A DNA stretch of 64,000 nt from an uncultured Anaerolineales bacterium (lineage in GTDB: Bacteria; Chloroflexota; Anaerolineae; UBA7937; JACPPX01). Where the stretch lies: NCBI GenBank assembly GCA_964348195.1, contig CAYGBX010000009.1, forward strand, positions 1,131-65,130. Direction: 5' to 3'. Below are positions 42,717 through 51,280 of this stretch, piece by piece. Numbering within the stretch: position 1 is the stretch's first letter; the number at the start of each line of letters is the position of its first letter. The notes under the pieces were generated by a model, which was not told the origin of the DNA, made no database searches, and worked only from the letters and a program-made list of their open reading frames with translations. The position numbers and the translations under genes were made by a program.

Positions 42717-43061
42717 TCAGGGCACCAGGTCGAAGGGGAGCACTCCTGCCCTCAGTACCAGATACCCCAAGAAGCCGCCCAAGATGCCAAGGATCACCAT
42801 GGTGACCAGGATCGACCAGCCGCCCGGTCCTCGCGAGGATGTCTGAGGCATCTCGTCGATCTTGACGCGGTGGACCACCGCGGGCTGGGGTCTGGGAAAG
42901 CGGCGACTGCAGTTGTAGCAGAAGTGGTTTGTGGCGGGATTCTCACGACCGCACCCTCTGCACACAATGACCGTTCCGGTCGCCAGGTCTGCGCCGCAGC
43001 GTTCGCAGTGGCTCAGACCGTCCGGGTTGTCCGCTCCACAGATCCGACATTGGGCCGGCAT
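42717..43061 (-). CDS. double zinc-ribbon protein with C-terminal TM anchor
   Basis: CRICGADNPDGLSHCERCG and CRGCGRENPATNHFCYNCS, then the hydrophobic helix WSILVTMVILGILGGFLGYLVL. Confidence 0.6.
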   Translation of the reverse strand: MPAQCRICGADNPDGLSHCERCGADLATGTVIVCRGCGRENPATNHFCYNCSRRFPRPQPAVVHRVKIDEMPQTSSRGPGGWSILVTMVILGILGGFLGYLVLRAGVLPFDLVP

Positions 43062-43125
43062 ATTTCCGGCTCCGGGCCCTTAGTCAAACGGGCTAACCCC
43101 ATGGTTAGCCCGACCGACGGTGCTA

Positions 43126-43201
43126 TGGAGCCACCCATCGGACTCGAACCGACGACCTAGCGCTTACGAGGCGCTTGCTCTACCAACTGAGCTAGGGTGG
43201 C
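43126..43201 (-). tRNA. tRNA-Thr (CGU)
   Basis: Minus strand: GCCACCC-TA-GCTC..GAGC-A-AGCGC-CTCGTAA-GCGCT-AGGTC-GTCGG-TTCGAGT-CCGAT-GGGTGGC-T-CCA (CCA encoded). Confidence 0.9.
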
Positions 43202-43273
43202 GGGAGGATTTGCACAAGGCTGGCAGCTAGGCCTGAGATCCCGTTCGAGCGTCCACACCCCAGCCTGCGGGTG

Positions 43274-43347
43274 TGGGCCGTGCAGGATTCGAACCTGCGA
43301 CCCACGGGTTAAAAGCCCGCTGCTCTACCAGGCTGAGCTAACGGCCC
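43274..43347 (-). tRNA. tRNA-Lys (UUU)
   Basis: Minus strand: GGGCCGT-TA-GCTC..GAGC-A-GCGGG-CTTTTAA-CCCGT-GGGTC-GCAGG-TTCGAAT-CCTGC-ACGGCCC-A. Confidence 0.9.
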
Positions 43348-43422
43348 CTCGGTTCGCGGTCAGTATAGCACGCTGCTCGCGAGAGTGTCAATGAGACGAA
43401 CGGGGGATGCAGTGGGGAGAGG

Positions 43423-44928
43423 CTAGGCCATCTTCTGCCTGAGCGTGGGAAAGGGAATAACCTCGCGAATCGAGGCTTGGTTTGTAAGCAACATTACCAT
43501 GCGATCGATTCCCCAGCCGATGCCTCCTGTTGGAGGCATGCCATGCTCGAGAGCGGTCAGAAACTCCTCGTCGATGGGGTGGGCGTCGGCTTCCCCTGCT
43601 TCAAACGCCTGCTTCTGGGCCTCGAAGCGCGCTCGCTGCTCCAGAGGATCGTTCAGCTCGGTAAACGCGTTTCCGATCTCCAGTCCGCCGATGAAGAACT
43701 CGAACCGCTCCGCCAGATGGGGTGCTCCGGGCTTCGCCTTGGCGAGAGGCGAGATCTCCTTGGGATAGTCCTTCACGAAAGTGGGCTGGATGAGCGCGGG
43801 TTCCGCGTACTCTTTGAGGATCTCGTCCACCAGTCCACCCCAAGTGGGCTTGGCATCAACTTCGAGGCCGCGCTCTGCTACCAATGCGGTGAGGCTCGCC
43901 AGATCGGGCGACGCCAGAACATCGATGCCGCTCGTCTCTTCGATCGCTTCCTGCATCGAAACCCGTCGCCAGGGCGGGGTCAGATCGAGATCGGCTCCCT
44001 GGTAGGTGAGCCGGGGGCCACCCAACACCTCGTCGGCGACCGCGGCGAAGCACGATTCGGTCAGCTCCATCATAGTCTCGTAGTCGCCGTAGGCTTCGTA
44101 GATTTCGATCTGAGTGAATTCTGGGGAATTGCTGCGTGAGAGCCCCTCGTTTCGGAAATCCTTCCCAATCTCGTAGACCCTGTCCAGGCCTCCGATGATG
44201 AGACGCTTAAGATACAACTCATCCGAGATTCGCAGGTACACCGTCTGGTCGAGAGCCTGGTACCGGGTGGTGAAGGGTCTGGCCGCGGCCCCTCCGTACA
44301 GGGGTTGGAGCACAGGGGTCTCGACCTCCAGGTACCCTCTGGCGTCCAGGAACCGGCGGATGGCGCTGACAGTGTGGCTCCGCGTCTCCAGTATCTGGCG
44401 ACTCTGGGGGTTGGACAGCAAGTCCAGATAGCGTTGACGGTAGCGCGCCTCCGTGTCCTTCAGGCCGTGCCACTTCTCGGGAAGCGGCCGGAGAGACTTG
44501 GCCAGCAAAGAGAGACCAGTCGCGCGCAGCGTAGGCTCCCCTGTCTTGGTGAAAAAGAGCGACCCTTCGGCCGAGATGACATCTCCCATGTCGAAATCCC
44601 GGCGCCAGTGGTCGTAGGCCTCGGCCCCAAGCCCGTCCTGTGTCAGGTGGATCTGTATGGCTCCGGATCCGTCCTGAATGTGGGCGAAGCTGGCCTTCCC
44701 CATCACGCGCATGCCCACGATCCGACCGCACAGTGCTACCGTGTCAGGGGGGGCCTCGCCCTTGGGCTCCTCCTCCCGATAGCGTGTCAGGATCGCCAGA
44801 GCCTCGTCCGCCGTGTGGGTGCGACGAGCTCGGGTGGGGTAGGGATCAACGCCTCGGGCGCGGAGTCGCTCCAGCTTCTTCAGACGCTCGCGGCGCAGCT
44901 GCGCCAGCGGGCGTGCGTCTTCTTTCAC
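43423..44928 (-). CDS. lysS: lysine--tRNA ligase, class II
   Basis: 501 aa. OB-fold N-domain, class II motifs (FRNEG, ...GGIGWGIDR) and ELNDP. Confidence 0.95.
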   Translation of the reverse strand: MKEDARPLAQLRRERLKKLERLRARGVDPYPTRARRTHTADEALAILTRYREEEPKGEAPPDTVALCGRIVGMRVMGKASFAHIQDGSGAIQIHLTQDGLGAEAYDHWRRDFDMGDVISAEGSLFFTKTGEPTLRATGLSLLAKSLRPLPEKWHGLKDTEARYRQRYLDLLSNPQSRQILETRSHTVSAIRRFLDARGYLEVETPVLQPLYGGAAARPFTTRYQALDQTVYLRISDELYLKRLIIGGLDRVYEIGKDFRNEGLSRSNSPEFTQIEIYEAYGDYETMMELTESCFAAVADEVLGGPRLTYQGADLDLTPPWRRVSMQEAIEETSGIDVLASPDLASLTALVAERGLEVDAKPTWGGLVDEILKEYAEPALIQPTFVKDYPKEISPLAKAKPGAPHLAERFEFFIGGLEIGNAFTELNDPLEQRARFEAQKQAFEAGEADAHPIDEEFLTALEHGMPPTGGIGWGIDRMVMLLTNQASIREVIPFPTLRQKMA

Positions 44929-45389
44929 TGAACCTTGAGGATACGGTATTGGGTGACGCCTTGCGGGGTCTGCACCTCCACCTGATCGCCGGCTTGGTGG
45001 CCGAGCAGCGCTCGGCCCAGAGGGGATTCGTCAGAGATTCGACCGTTGGCGGGATCGGCCTCCACTGGGCCGAGGATGCGATATGTATGAACACCGTCAG
45101 ACCCTTCTACCGTCACCCGGGCACCTAGCGTCACGGGTCCCCCTGATGGGTCATCAGGGATCAGGACCGCGTGTTCCAGGAGCGTCTTCAGGGTGGCGAT
45201 CCGGCCTTCGAGGAAGGCCTGCTCGTTCTTGGCCTCGTCGTAGCCGGCGTTCTCGGTGATGTCGCCCCCCTCCTTCGCCTGTCGGATCTTGTCCGCCACC
45301 TCAGGACGGCGCACCCTGCGGAGGTACTCAAGCTCCTCCTGCAGCCGCTTCTTCCCCTCAGGGGTCAAGTGGGTGGGTCGTTCATCCAT
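44925..45389 (-). CDS. greA: transcription elongation factor GreA
   Basis: 154 aa. LT.EG...L..EL..L...RP.....I..A...GD..ENA.Y.AAK..Q N-terminal coiled coil plus a C-terminal FKBP-like domain. 4-nt overlap with lysS. Confidence 0.9.
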   Translation of the reverse strand: MDERPTHLTPEGKKRLQEELEYLRRVRRPEVADKIRQAKEGGDITENAGYDEAKNEQAFLEGRIATLKTLLEHAVLIPDDPSGGPVTLGARVTVEGSDGVHTYRILGPVEADPANGRISDESPLGRALLGHQAGDQVEVQTPQGVTQYRILKVQ

Positions 45390-45445
45390 GGTCCGCCTGC
45401 TATATGAAAAGGGCAGGAGCCGCGCGGCGCATGCCCTGGCCAGGG

Positions 45446-45475
45446 ATTATAGCCGCTCGAAGCGGAGGTTGACAA
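45446..45475 (-). promoter_or_regulatory. candidate greA-lysS promoter
   Basis: The minus strand reads TTGTCA (45475-45470), 18-nt spacer, TATAAT (45451-45446). Confidence 0.4.
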
Positions 45476-45504
45476 GCGTGGAGCAAGCGACGGAGAGTCA
45501 CGCC

Positions 45505-45534
45505 TTGGAGGCACCTGAATCCGGGTGCTATAAT
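45505..45534 (+). promoter_or_regulatory. candidate tadA promoter giving a leaderless or near-leaderless mRNA
   Basis: TTGGAG (45505-45510), 18-nt spacer, TGC-TATAAT (45526-45534). The ATG at 45541 is only 6 nt past the -10 and has no SD. Confidence 0.45.
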
Positions 45535-45540
45535 CGCCTG

Positions 45541-46023
45541 ATGAACGACGAAGCCTTCATGGCCGAGGCGCTGACCGAGGCCAAGCGTGCGTTCTCCGAG
45601 GGTGAGGTTCCCGTAGGGGCGGTAGTCGTTATCGAGGGGCAGGTTATCGGACGGGGTCGCAACCAACGGGAGGCACTGAACGATCCCACGGCCCACGCTG
45701 AGATTCTGGCCCTCCGCGAAGCTGGCCGCTCTCTGGGCGGATGGCGGCTCCCGGGGGCGACCCTGTACTCGACGATGGAGCCTTGTCCTATGTGTGCGGG
45801 GGCGCTGATCCAGGCTCGGGCGGACCGGCTGGTGTACGCGGTCAGGGATGCTAGGTCGGGAGCTGCCGGTTCCTTGTACGACATCCCACGCGACGGCCGT
45901 TTCAACCATCGTGTGAGAGTGGAGTCCGGGGTACTTGCCGAAGCAGCGCAGACTCTGCTGGAGCGTTTCTTCTCGGCGCGGCGCGAGCCCGCGCTGGCGG
46001 AACCCGGGGGCCGGCCGGGATAG
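45541..46023 (+). CDS. tadA: tRNA-specific adenosine deaminase
   Basis: MNDEAFMAEAL..A......EVPVGAVVV...., HAE and PCPMCAGA zinc motifs. The track ORF's 95-aa 5' extension overlaps greA and the promoter region. Confidence 0.9.
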   Translation: MNDEAFMAEALTEAKRAFSEGEVPVGAVVVIEGQVIGRGRNQREALNDPTAHAEILALREAGRSLGGWRLPGATLYSTMEPCPMCAGALIQARADRLVYAVRDARSGAAGSLYDIPRDGRFNHRVRVESGVLAEAAQTLLERFFSARREPALAEPGGRPG

Positions 46024-46035
46024 GACATCGCACGA

Positions 46036-46123
46036 GGAGGGGTGCCGGAGTGGACGAACGGGGCGGTCTCGAAAACCGTTGTGGGGCTTCGCCCCACCGT
46101 GGGTTCGAATCCCACCCCCTCCG
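46036..46123 (+). tRNA. tRNA-Ser (CGA)
   Basis: GGAGGGG acceptor stem, anticodon loop CTCGAAA, long variable arm (TGTGGGGCTTCGCCCCACC), GTGGG-TTCGAAT-CCCAC, discriminator G. Confidence 0.9.
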
Positions 46124-46221
46124 CTGCATCCGGAAAGGTCTGCATGACGCAGGTAGGAGGCTGGGCCACCTCATCCTGGTGGCTTGATCCCCTCGGCGTC
46201 GGCTGCCGCCGGCCCCCCCGT

Positions 46222-46308
46222 GGAGGGGTCGCATAGTCTGGTCTAGTGCGCGCGCCTGGAGAGCGCGTAGGCCTTCGGGCCTCGTGGGTTCAAATCCCAC
46301 CCCCTCCG
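46222..46308 (+). tRNA. tRNA-Ser (GGA)
   Basis: GGAGGGG acceptor stem, anticodon loop CTGGAGA, variable arm TAGGCCTTCGGGCCTC, GTGGG-TTCAAAT-CCCAC, discriminator G. Confidence 0.9.
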
Positions 46309-46418
46309 CCTGAAGATCCGGGATGGACGCCCTTCGGGGCCGCGTCCCGGATCGCCGCACCCACGCGCGGAACCCCTTTGATCGAACCGACGTCTGGAAG
46401 ACACGACGGCGACCGACG

Positions 46419-47291
46419 ATGAGGCGCGCCACGAGTTCTCTCCAGAGACCCGACACCCGGGCTGGGCGCAGCAGGCTCATTCAGAGTCTGCTGTTGTTCT
46501 GTCTCCTCGGGTTTGAATTATTGGTGGCAGGCGGTTGCGCCGCCCGCGTGGAGGGCGGCGATGGGGGAGTCGGCGCAGAGCGGGCGGAGGGGTTGGTCGA
46601 CACCGTGTGGTTCGCCCGCTTCACCATGCAGGAGGGCGGGCTCGGGTATGTGAGCGTCACCGAAGATGGCGAGGTCTTGGCCGTGGAAGGGATCGGCTAC
46701 CCGGGCGAGCTGATCGAGGACGCTGGGCAGGTCAGGACGGGTGCGATCAGCCCCGCGCTGAGGGATCGCCTATTTCGCATAGCCGCAGACGAGGCGGTCT
46801 ATGCTGCTCGTGTAGAAGGAGAGGGGGAACTTCTGTTCTACGAGGGAGTGCTCCTGCGCATCGGTTCGCGGCTCCGCGGATCCGTGCGTTCGGCCGACCT
46901 GGTGCCCTGGGCCGGCTTGCCTGAGGAGGCTCGGGAGGTCCTGGGAGCAGCGGTGGCCTCATCTGGGACGCTCCCCTCTGACGTTGAGATCCGGCAGCTC
47001 ATTTCCGCCGAGGAGGTGGCGCCGGACCGTGCTGAGGGCATACGATCGGACCCTCGCGGCTACTACAGGTTCGTCACACTATCCAGGGGAGAGCTTGAGG
47101 CCACCTCCGTCCTCGCCCGCGCCCTGGCCTTGCCGGGCCTTCTGGTAGCCGTCTCCAACGCCGGCGAGGCGTCCCGGATCCAGGCCTGGCTAGAGCAGTC
47201 CAACCCCGATCGCGTGGGGTCCTACTTCTTCTTGGAAGCCCCAGACGGGACCAGCTACCAGGTCCACACCATGCAGGTGGGCAGCTCGTAG
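46419..47291 (+). CDS. putative lipoprotein of unknown function
   Basis: MRRATSS...LLLFCLLGFELLVAGGC is a signal peptide plus lipobox. The remainder has no recognisable motif. Start ATG 46419 is chosen over the track's 46323. Confidence 0.45.
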   Translation: MRRATSSLQRPDTRAGRSRLIQSLLLFCLLGFELLVAGGCAARVEGGDGGVGAERAEGLVDTVWFARFTMQEGGLGYVSVTEDGEVLAVEGIGYPGELIEDAGQVRTGAISPALRDRLFRIAADEAVYAARVEGEGELLFYEGVLLRIGSRLRGSVRSADLVPWAGLPEEAREVLGAAVASSGTLPSDVEIRQLISAEEVAPDRAEGIRSDPRGYYRFVTLSRGELEATSVLARALALPGLLVAVSNAGEASRIQAWLEQSNPDRVGSYFFLEAPDGTSYQVHTMQVGSS

Positions 47292-47328
47292 GACGCCTGC
47301 GCATGCCTGGCAGGCTTGTGAAGTCTGT

Positions 47329-47357
47329 TTGACCACGCATATCATCTGAACTAGCAT
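47329..47357 (+). promoter_or_regulatory. candidate SRP RNA promoter
   Basis: TTGACC (47329-47334), 17-nt spacer, TAGCAT (47352-47357). The predicted RNA 5' end is 5-7 nt downstream. Confidence 0.45.
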
Positions 47358-47361
47358 TTCT

Positions 47362-47637
47362 AGAGGCCGTGCTAGACGGGGAGCTAGCGGTGCCCTGAAC
47401 CCGCAATCCGCTATAGCGGGGTCGAATTCCCACTTGAGATCCTTCGTGCAGCCGGGACTGTCGACGCTGAGGGGCGACGAAGGCCGGGTCCTGCGCGGCG
47501 GAAGCCTACCAACCCCGTCAGGTCCGGAAGGAAGCAGCGGTACGTAGTCACTTCCGGGTGCCGCAGGACAACCTGGTCCGAGCCCTCCGGCACCGGTAAG
47601 CCGGTTGGGCGGGATCGATAGGGGGTGCACGGCCTCT
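47362..47637 (+). ncRNA. ffs: signal recognition particle RNA, long (Bacillus/archaeal-type, Alu-domain-containing) form
   Basis: Contains the invariant GTCAGGTCCGGAAGGAAGCAGC. The 5' domain GTGCTAGACGGGGAGCTAGCGGTGCCCTGAACCCGCAATCCGCTATAGCGGGGTCGAATTCCC is colinear with B. subtilis scRNA. An 11-bp terminal helix pairs AGAGGCCGTGC with GCACGGCCTCT. Confidence 0.9.
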
Positions 47638-47698
47638 ACAGCGCTTGGGGCGTGGCCGCGAGGTCACCCCCGAGGTTTTGTTTGAGGAGGAACACGGT

Positions 47699-49240
47699 TT
47701 GAGGAATACGGTGCTCTCGTCTCGGACCGGCCTGGTCCAGCCCCGTGCCTGGGCTCCTCTGCTCCTCCGGACGGGGTGGCGGGGTCTCTACGCTCGAGTG
47801 CTTGGCCTCGTCGGACTCGTCTGCAGCCTCGCGCTTGCCGGGTGGCTCTTCCTCTCCACCCAGGAGACCGTCGCGGTTGTCGCGGGGGGCGAGGCGGTGC
47901 TTCATCGCACCCACCAGACCACGGTGGCTGGGGTGCTCGAGGAATTGGGCGTGGAGCTCGGAGAACAGGATCTGGTCCGACCGGGACTCGCCTCCTCCAT
48001 CGAGGGGTTGGAGGCAATCGAGATCCACCGGGCAGTTGCAGTGACCGTGGATGTGGACGGCAGAACCGCTACCCTGCAAACGCTGGCTCCGACGGTTGGC
48101 GATGTGCTGAAGGAGGCCGGAGTCGTGTTGGGGCCCGCGGACCGACTCGTGCTGGAGGGGCGTGATACCGTGCTGCGGCCCGAGAAGCCTCTGTCGGAGC
48201 TGCTGCCACCACTCTCCGCCGGGGACTTTCCCTTCGAGAGGCGGTTCAGCCCTCTGTCGCTCTCGGTGCGGCGGGCAGTCCGGATGGAGATCGTGGATGG
48301 CGGGGTGTCTCTGCCGGTGGAGACCCGGGCCGCCACGGTGGCGGAAGCTCTCAGGAGCGCACGTGTCCCCTTCTACGAGCAAGATGGGGTCCGGCCTGAT
48401 CTCGCTTCGCCTGTCTTTCCGGGGCTTCGGGTCAACATCGAGCGCGCGATTCCCCTGACACTTGAGTCGGACGGGCAGCGGCTCGAGACCCGGGTGTTGG
48501 GCGAGACAGTCGGGGATGCGCTCGAGGCAGAGGGGATTGCGTTGGCCGGAAAGGACTTCACGACACCCGCAATCGACTCGCCCCTTCAGGAGGGCCTCCT
48601 CATCCAGGTAGTGCGGGTCAACGAGGAGTTCAAGCTCGATAGCGAGGTCATTCCCTACGAGACCCTCTGGCAGCCCGACCCAGAGCTGGAGCTGGACCAC
48701 CGTCGTATCGCCCGGGTGGGCCAAGAAGGCGTCCTCCGGAGACTGATCCGCTTTGTGTACGAGGATGGGGGGCTTGTCGAGGAAACGGTGGAACGGGAGT
48801 GGGTGGCCCACCCGCCTCAGGATCGCATCATTGCCTACGGCACCAAGATCGTCTGGCGTGAGCTCGAGACGCCGCAGGGGCCGATTCGGTACTGGAGACA
48901 TATGCGAGTGTTCGCCTCCTCCTACACGGCGGCGACCTCGGGTAAGACCCGGGACCACCCGGCCTACGGCATCACGCGGGCCGGGTGGGTCGCGACCAAG
49001 GGGGTGATCGCCGTAGATCCCACAGTGATCCCACTCCTTACTCGAATGTACGTCCCTGGGTATGGGTTTGGGACCGCGGCCGATACCGGAGGTGCCATCA
49101 AGGGTCGCATCATCGATCTGGCCTACGATGAGGACAAACTCGTCCGATGGTGGTGGTGGACCGATGCCTATCTCCTGGGCCCCGTCCCTCAGCCGGAGAA
49201 GATCCGCTGGATTCTGCCTGACTGGCCCCCGTGGGGGTGA
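47699..49240 (+). CDS. YabE-like cell-wall protein (DUF348 repeats, G5 domain, C-terminal 3D domain)
   Basis: N-terminal TM helix, repeated DUF348-like modules (..V.VDG....L.T....V.DVL.EAG..L...D..), G5-like region, and a C-terminal 3D/MltA-like domain (GVIAVDPTVIPL.T..YV.GYG...A.DTGGAIKG..IDL). The start is likely TTG 47699 (GAGGAGG 8 nt upstream), because the track start at 47645 abuts the SRP RNA. Confidence 0.75.
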   Translation: MRNTVLSSRTGLVQPRAWAPLLLRTGWRGLYARVLGLVGLVCSLALAGWLFLSTQETVAVVAGGEAVLHRTHQTTVAGVLEELGVELGEQDLVRPGLASSIEGLEAIEIHRAVAVTVDVDGRTATLQTLAPTVGDVLKEAGVVLGPADRLVLEGRDTVLRPEKPLSELLPPLSAGDFPFERRFSPLSLSVRRAVRMEIVDGGVSLPVETRAATVAEALRSARVPFYEQDGVRPDLASPVFPGLRVNIERAIPLTLESDGQRLETRVLGETVGDALEAEGIALAGKDFTTPAIDSPLQEGLLIQVVRVNEEFKLDSEVIPYETLWQPDPELELDHRRIARVGQEGVLRRLIRFVYEDGGLVEETVEREWVAHPPQDRIIAYGTKIVWRELETPQGPIRYWRHMRVFASSYTAATSGKTRDHPAYGITRAGWVATKGVIAVDPTVIPLLTRMYVPGYGFGTAADTGGAIKGRIIDLAYDEDKLVRWWWWTDAYLLGPVPQPEKIRWILPDWPPWG

Positions 49241-50094
49241 ACGGCGCCTCCCATCTGCTCGCCGCTAGGCGGCTCCTCGAACGCCATGGCCTTCGTCCCA
49301 AGAAGGGGCTGGGCCAATACTTCCTCACCAGTCGCTCCCTTCTAGACACGATTCTCCGCGCGTCTGAACCTCTGGAGGAGCGGACCGTCCTTGAGGTGGG
49401 GCCGGGTCTGGGGGTCCTCACGCTGCCGCTCTCATATAGGGCGAAACGCGTGGTGGCGGTTGAGATCGACGATCGGCTGATACCGCTCCTCCACGAGACT
49501 GTGGGCGACCGGCCGAATGTGGAGGTGGTGCGAGCGGACATCCTGGAGCGGGCCCCGCACCAATTCCTCCGGAACGGTGCCGAGTCCCCCTGGGTGGCGA
49601 TAGGAAACCTGCCCTACTATCTGACCTCCCATCTGCTGCGCCACTTCCTGGAGGCCGCGCCCCGGCCGGAGCGGTTGCTGGTGACGGTTCAACTGGAAGT
49701 GGCCCAGCGACTGGTGGCGGCACCAGGGCACATGAGCGCCCTGGCGGTGAGCGCCCAGTTCTACGGACGGCCCCGGATCGTTGGTCGGGCCCCGGCTGGG
49801 GCCTTCTATCCTTCTCCGAAAGTGACCTCGGCGGTCGTTCGGATCGACACGTTCGAGGATCTGCCGTGGGGGGTCACGGACGAGGGGGAGTTCTTCCGGT
49901 TGGTCCGGGCCGGATTCGCGCAGCGTCGCAAATACCTCCGGAACGCGCTTCAGCAGGGATTGACCCCGGACGAGGATCGGGTATCAGGAGCCTTGGCCTC
50001 GGCGGGAATCGACGGGACCCGAAGGGCCCAGACCCTCACCGTCGAGGAGTGGGCGCGACTGCATCTTGCATTCGTGAAGGAGGGAGAGACCTAG
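49231..50094 (+). CDS. rsmA: 16S rRNA (adenine1518/1519-N6)-dimethyltransferase
   Basis: KKGLGQYFL, VLEVGPGLG.LT, VEID and GNLPYY motifs. Confidence 0.92.
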   Translation: MGVNGASHLLAARRLLERHGLRPKKGLGQYFLTSRSLLDTILRASEPLEERTVLEVGPGLGVLTLPLSYRAKRVVAVEIDDRLIPLLHETVGDRPNVEVVRADILERAPHQFLRNGAESPWVAIGNLPYYLTSHLLRHFLEAAPRPERLLVTVQLEVAQRLVAAPGHMSALAVSAQFYGRPRIVGRAPAGAFYPSPKVTSAVVRIDTFEDLPWGVTDEGEFFRLVRAGFAQRRKYLRNALQQGLTPDEDRVSGALASAGIDGTRRAQTLTVEEWARLHLAFVKEGET

Positions 50095-50184
50095 ACAGCC
50101 CTAGGCGGGCGGCCCATCAGACAGTCAGCCCGGTGCCTGACTGGGGTCGTGTATAATCTTCAGAGACGGCTGAGAGGAGTCCAG

Positions 50185-51231
50185 TTGCTCGCCACCACCC
50201 TGATTTCCTTCCTGGTTGTGTTCACGCTCCTGGTGTTCGTCCATGAGCTGGGACACTTCATCGTGGCCAAGTGGATGCGGATCCGCGTCCCCGAGTTCGG
50301 GTTCGGCTTCCCTCCGCGGCTCTTCACCCTGACCCGGAGGGGCGAGACGGAGATAACGGTAAATGCCATCCCCTTGGGGGGATTCGTTCGGCTGGCAGGG
50401 GAGGACGATCCCAACGAGCCGGGCAGCTTCGCTGGGCAGTCCCCCAAGGTCCGAGCCGCCACGCTCGGTGCCGGCTCTGCAATGAATCTGATCCTGGCGG
50501 TCGGACTCTTCGCTGTTACCGCGGTTGTAGGGGAGCCAACTGCGGTGATCGCCGTACAGGTCACCGAGGTCGCTCCCGGGTCGCCGGCGGAGGCGGGGGG
50601 CCTCCTGGTCGGGGACCTGGTGCGGGCCGTGGACGGGATCGAGGTTGAAGATCCGCTGGCCGTGGTTCGCGTGGCCGAGACTCGTGTTGGACGCGAGATC
50701 GCCTTGGACGTGGATAGGGGCGACGCGAGCCTGGTGGTTCGGTTGGTGCCTCGGGCGAATCCTCCGGCAGGGGAGGGACCGATGGGGTTCACGGCGGGCG
50801 CCACCATCGCCGGCACCCGCATCCAACGCTACGACGTGCTAGAGGCGATCCCCCACGGGATCTCTCGAACCGTCGAGGTGGTCGGTGTAATTGGGTACGG
50901 GGTCGTGTACATGATCCAGGGCATCATCGCCCCCGAGGTGTCAGGTCCCATCGGGATAGCCCAGATGACGGGTCAGGTCGCGGAGAGGGGGGTACCCTTC
51001 CTGCTGCAGTTCACCGGGTTCCTGAGCGTAAACCTTGCGCTGCTCAACCTCCTCCCCTTCCCCGGGCTCGACGGGGGCCGACTGGCGTTCGTGCTGGTGG
51101 AGGCGCTGCGGGGGGGACGGCGCGTCGACCCTCAGCGAGAGGGGCTGGTCCATGTGATAGGAATGGCAATCTTGATCGGAGTGGTGCTGGTGGTCTCCTA
51201 CTTCGATCTGGTCAGGGCGACCCAGGGGTGA
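50185..51231 (+). CDS. rseP: RIP (site-2) zinc metalloprotease RseP with PDZ domain
   Basis: HELGHF zinc motif, PDZ (SPA..AGL..GD.....DG), and C-terminal NLLPFPGLDGG. The start is likely TTG 50185 (GAGAGGAG 5 nt upstream). TGTATAAT at 50150-50157 looks like its extended -10. Confidence 0.88.
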   Translation: MLATTLISFLVVFTLLVFVHELGHFIVAKWMRIRVPEFGFGFPPRLFTLTRRGETEITVNAIPLGGFVRLAGEDDPNEPGSFAGQSPKVRAATLGAGSAMNLILAVGLFAVTAVVGEPTAVIAVQVTEVAPGSPAEAGGLLVGDLVRAVDGIEVEDPLAVVRVAETRVGREIALDVDRGDASLVVRLVPRANPPAGEGPMGFTAGATIAGTRIQRYDVLEAIPHGISRTVEVVGVIGYGVVYMIQGIIAPEVSGPIGIAQMTGQVAERGVPFLLQFTGFLSVNLALLNLLPFPGLDGGRLAFVLVEALRGGRRVDPQREGLVHVIGMAILIGVVLVVSYFDLVRATQG

Positions 51232-51280
51232 TGAGGTTTGCCACACCGCGGGGCCCTGTGATATGATCGCACGGTCGCCT

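Noticed and set aside
37145-43201. Possible genomic island integrated at tRNA-Thr / tRNA-Lys, carrying the zinc-ribbon cluster and glycosyltransferase
   Set aside because: I saw no integrase, recombinase or transposase gene, no obvious direct repeat of the tRNA 3' end and no visible shift in base composition. I cannot exclude an old island without a proper search.
45256-45540. 95-codon 5' extension of tadA
   Set aside because: It overlaps the greA coding sequence and the divergent promoter region. The conserved TadA sequence starts at ATG 45541, right after a TATAAT box.
47400-47420. GGGGTCGAATTCCC resembling a tRNA T-arm
   Set aside because: It is part of the SRP RNA Alu-like domain. No acceptor or anticodon arms can be built around it.
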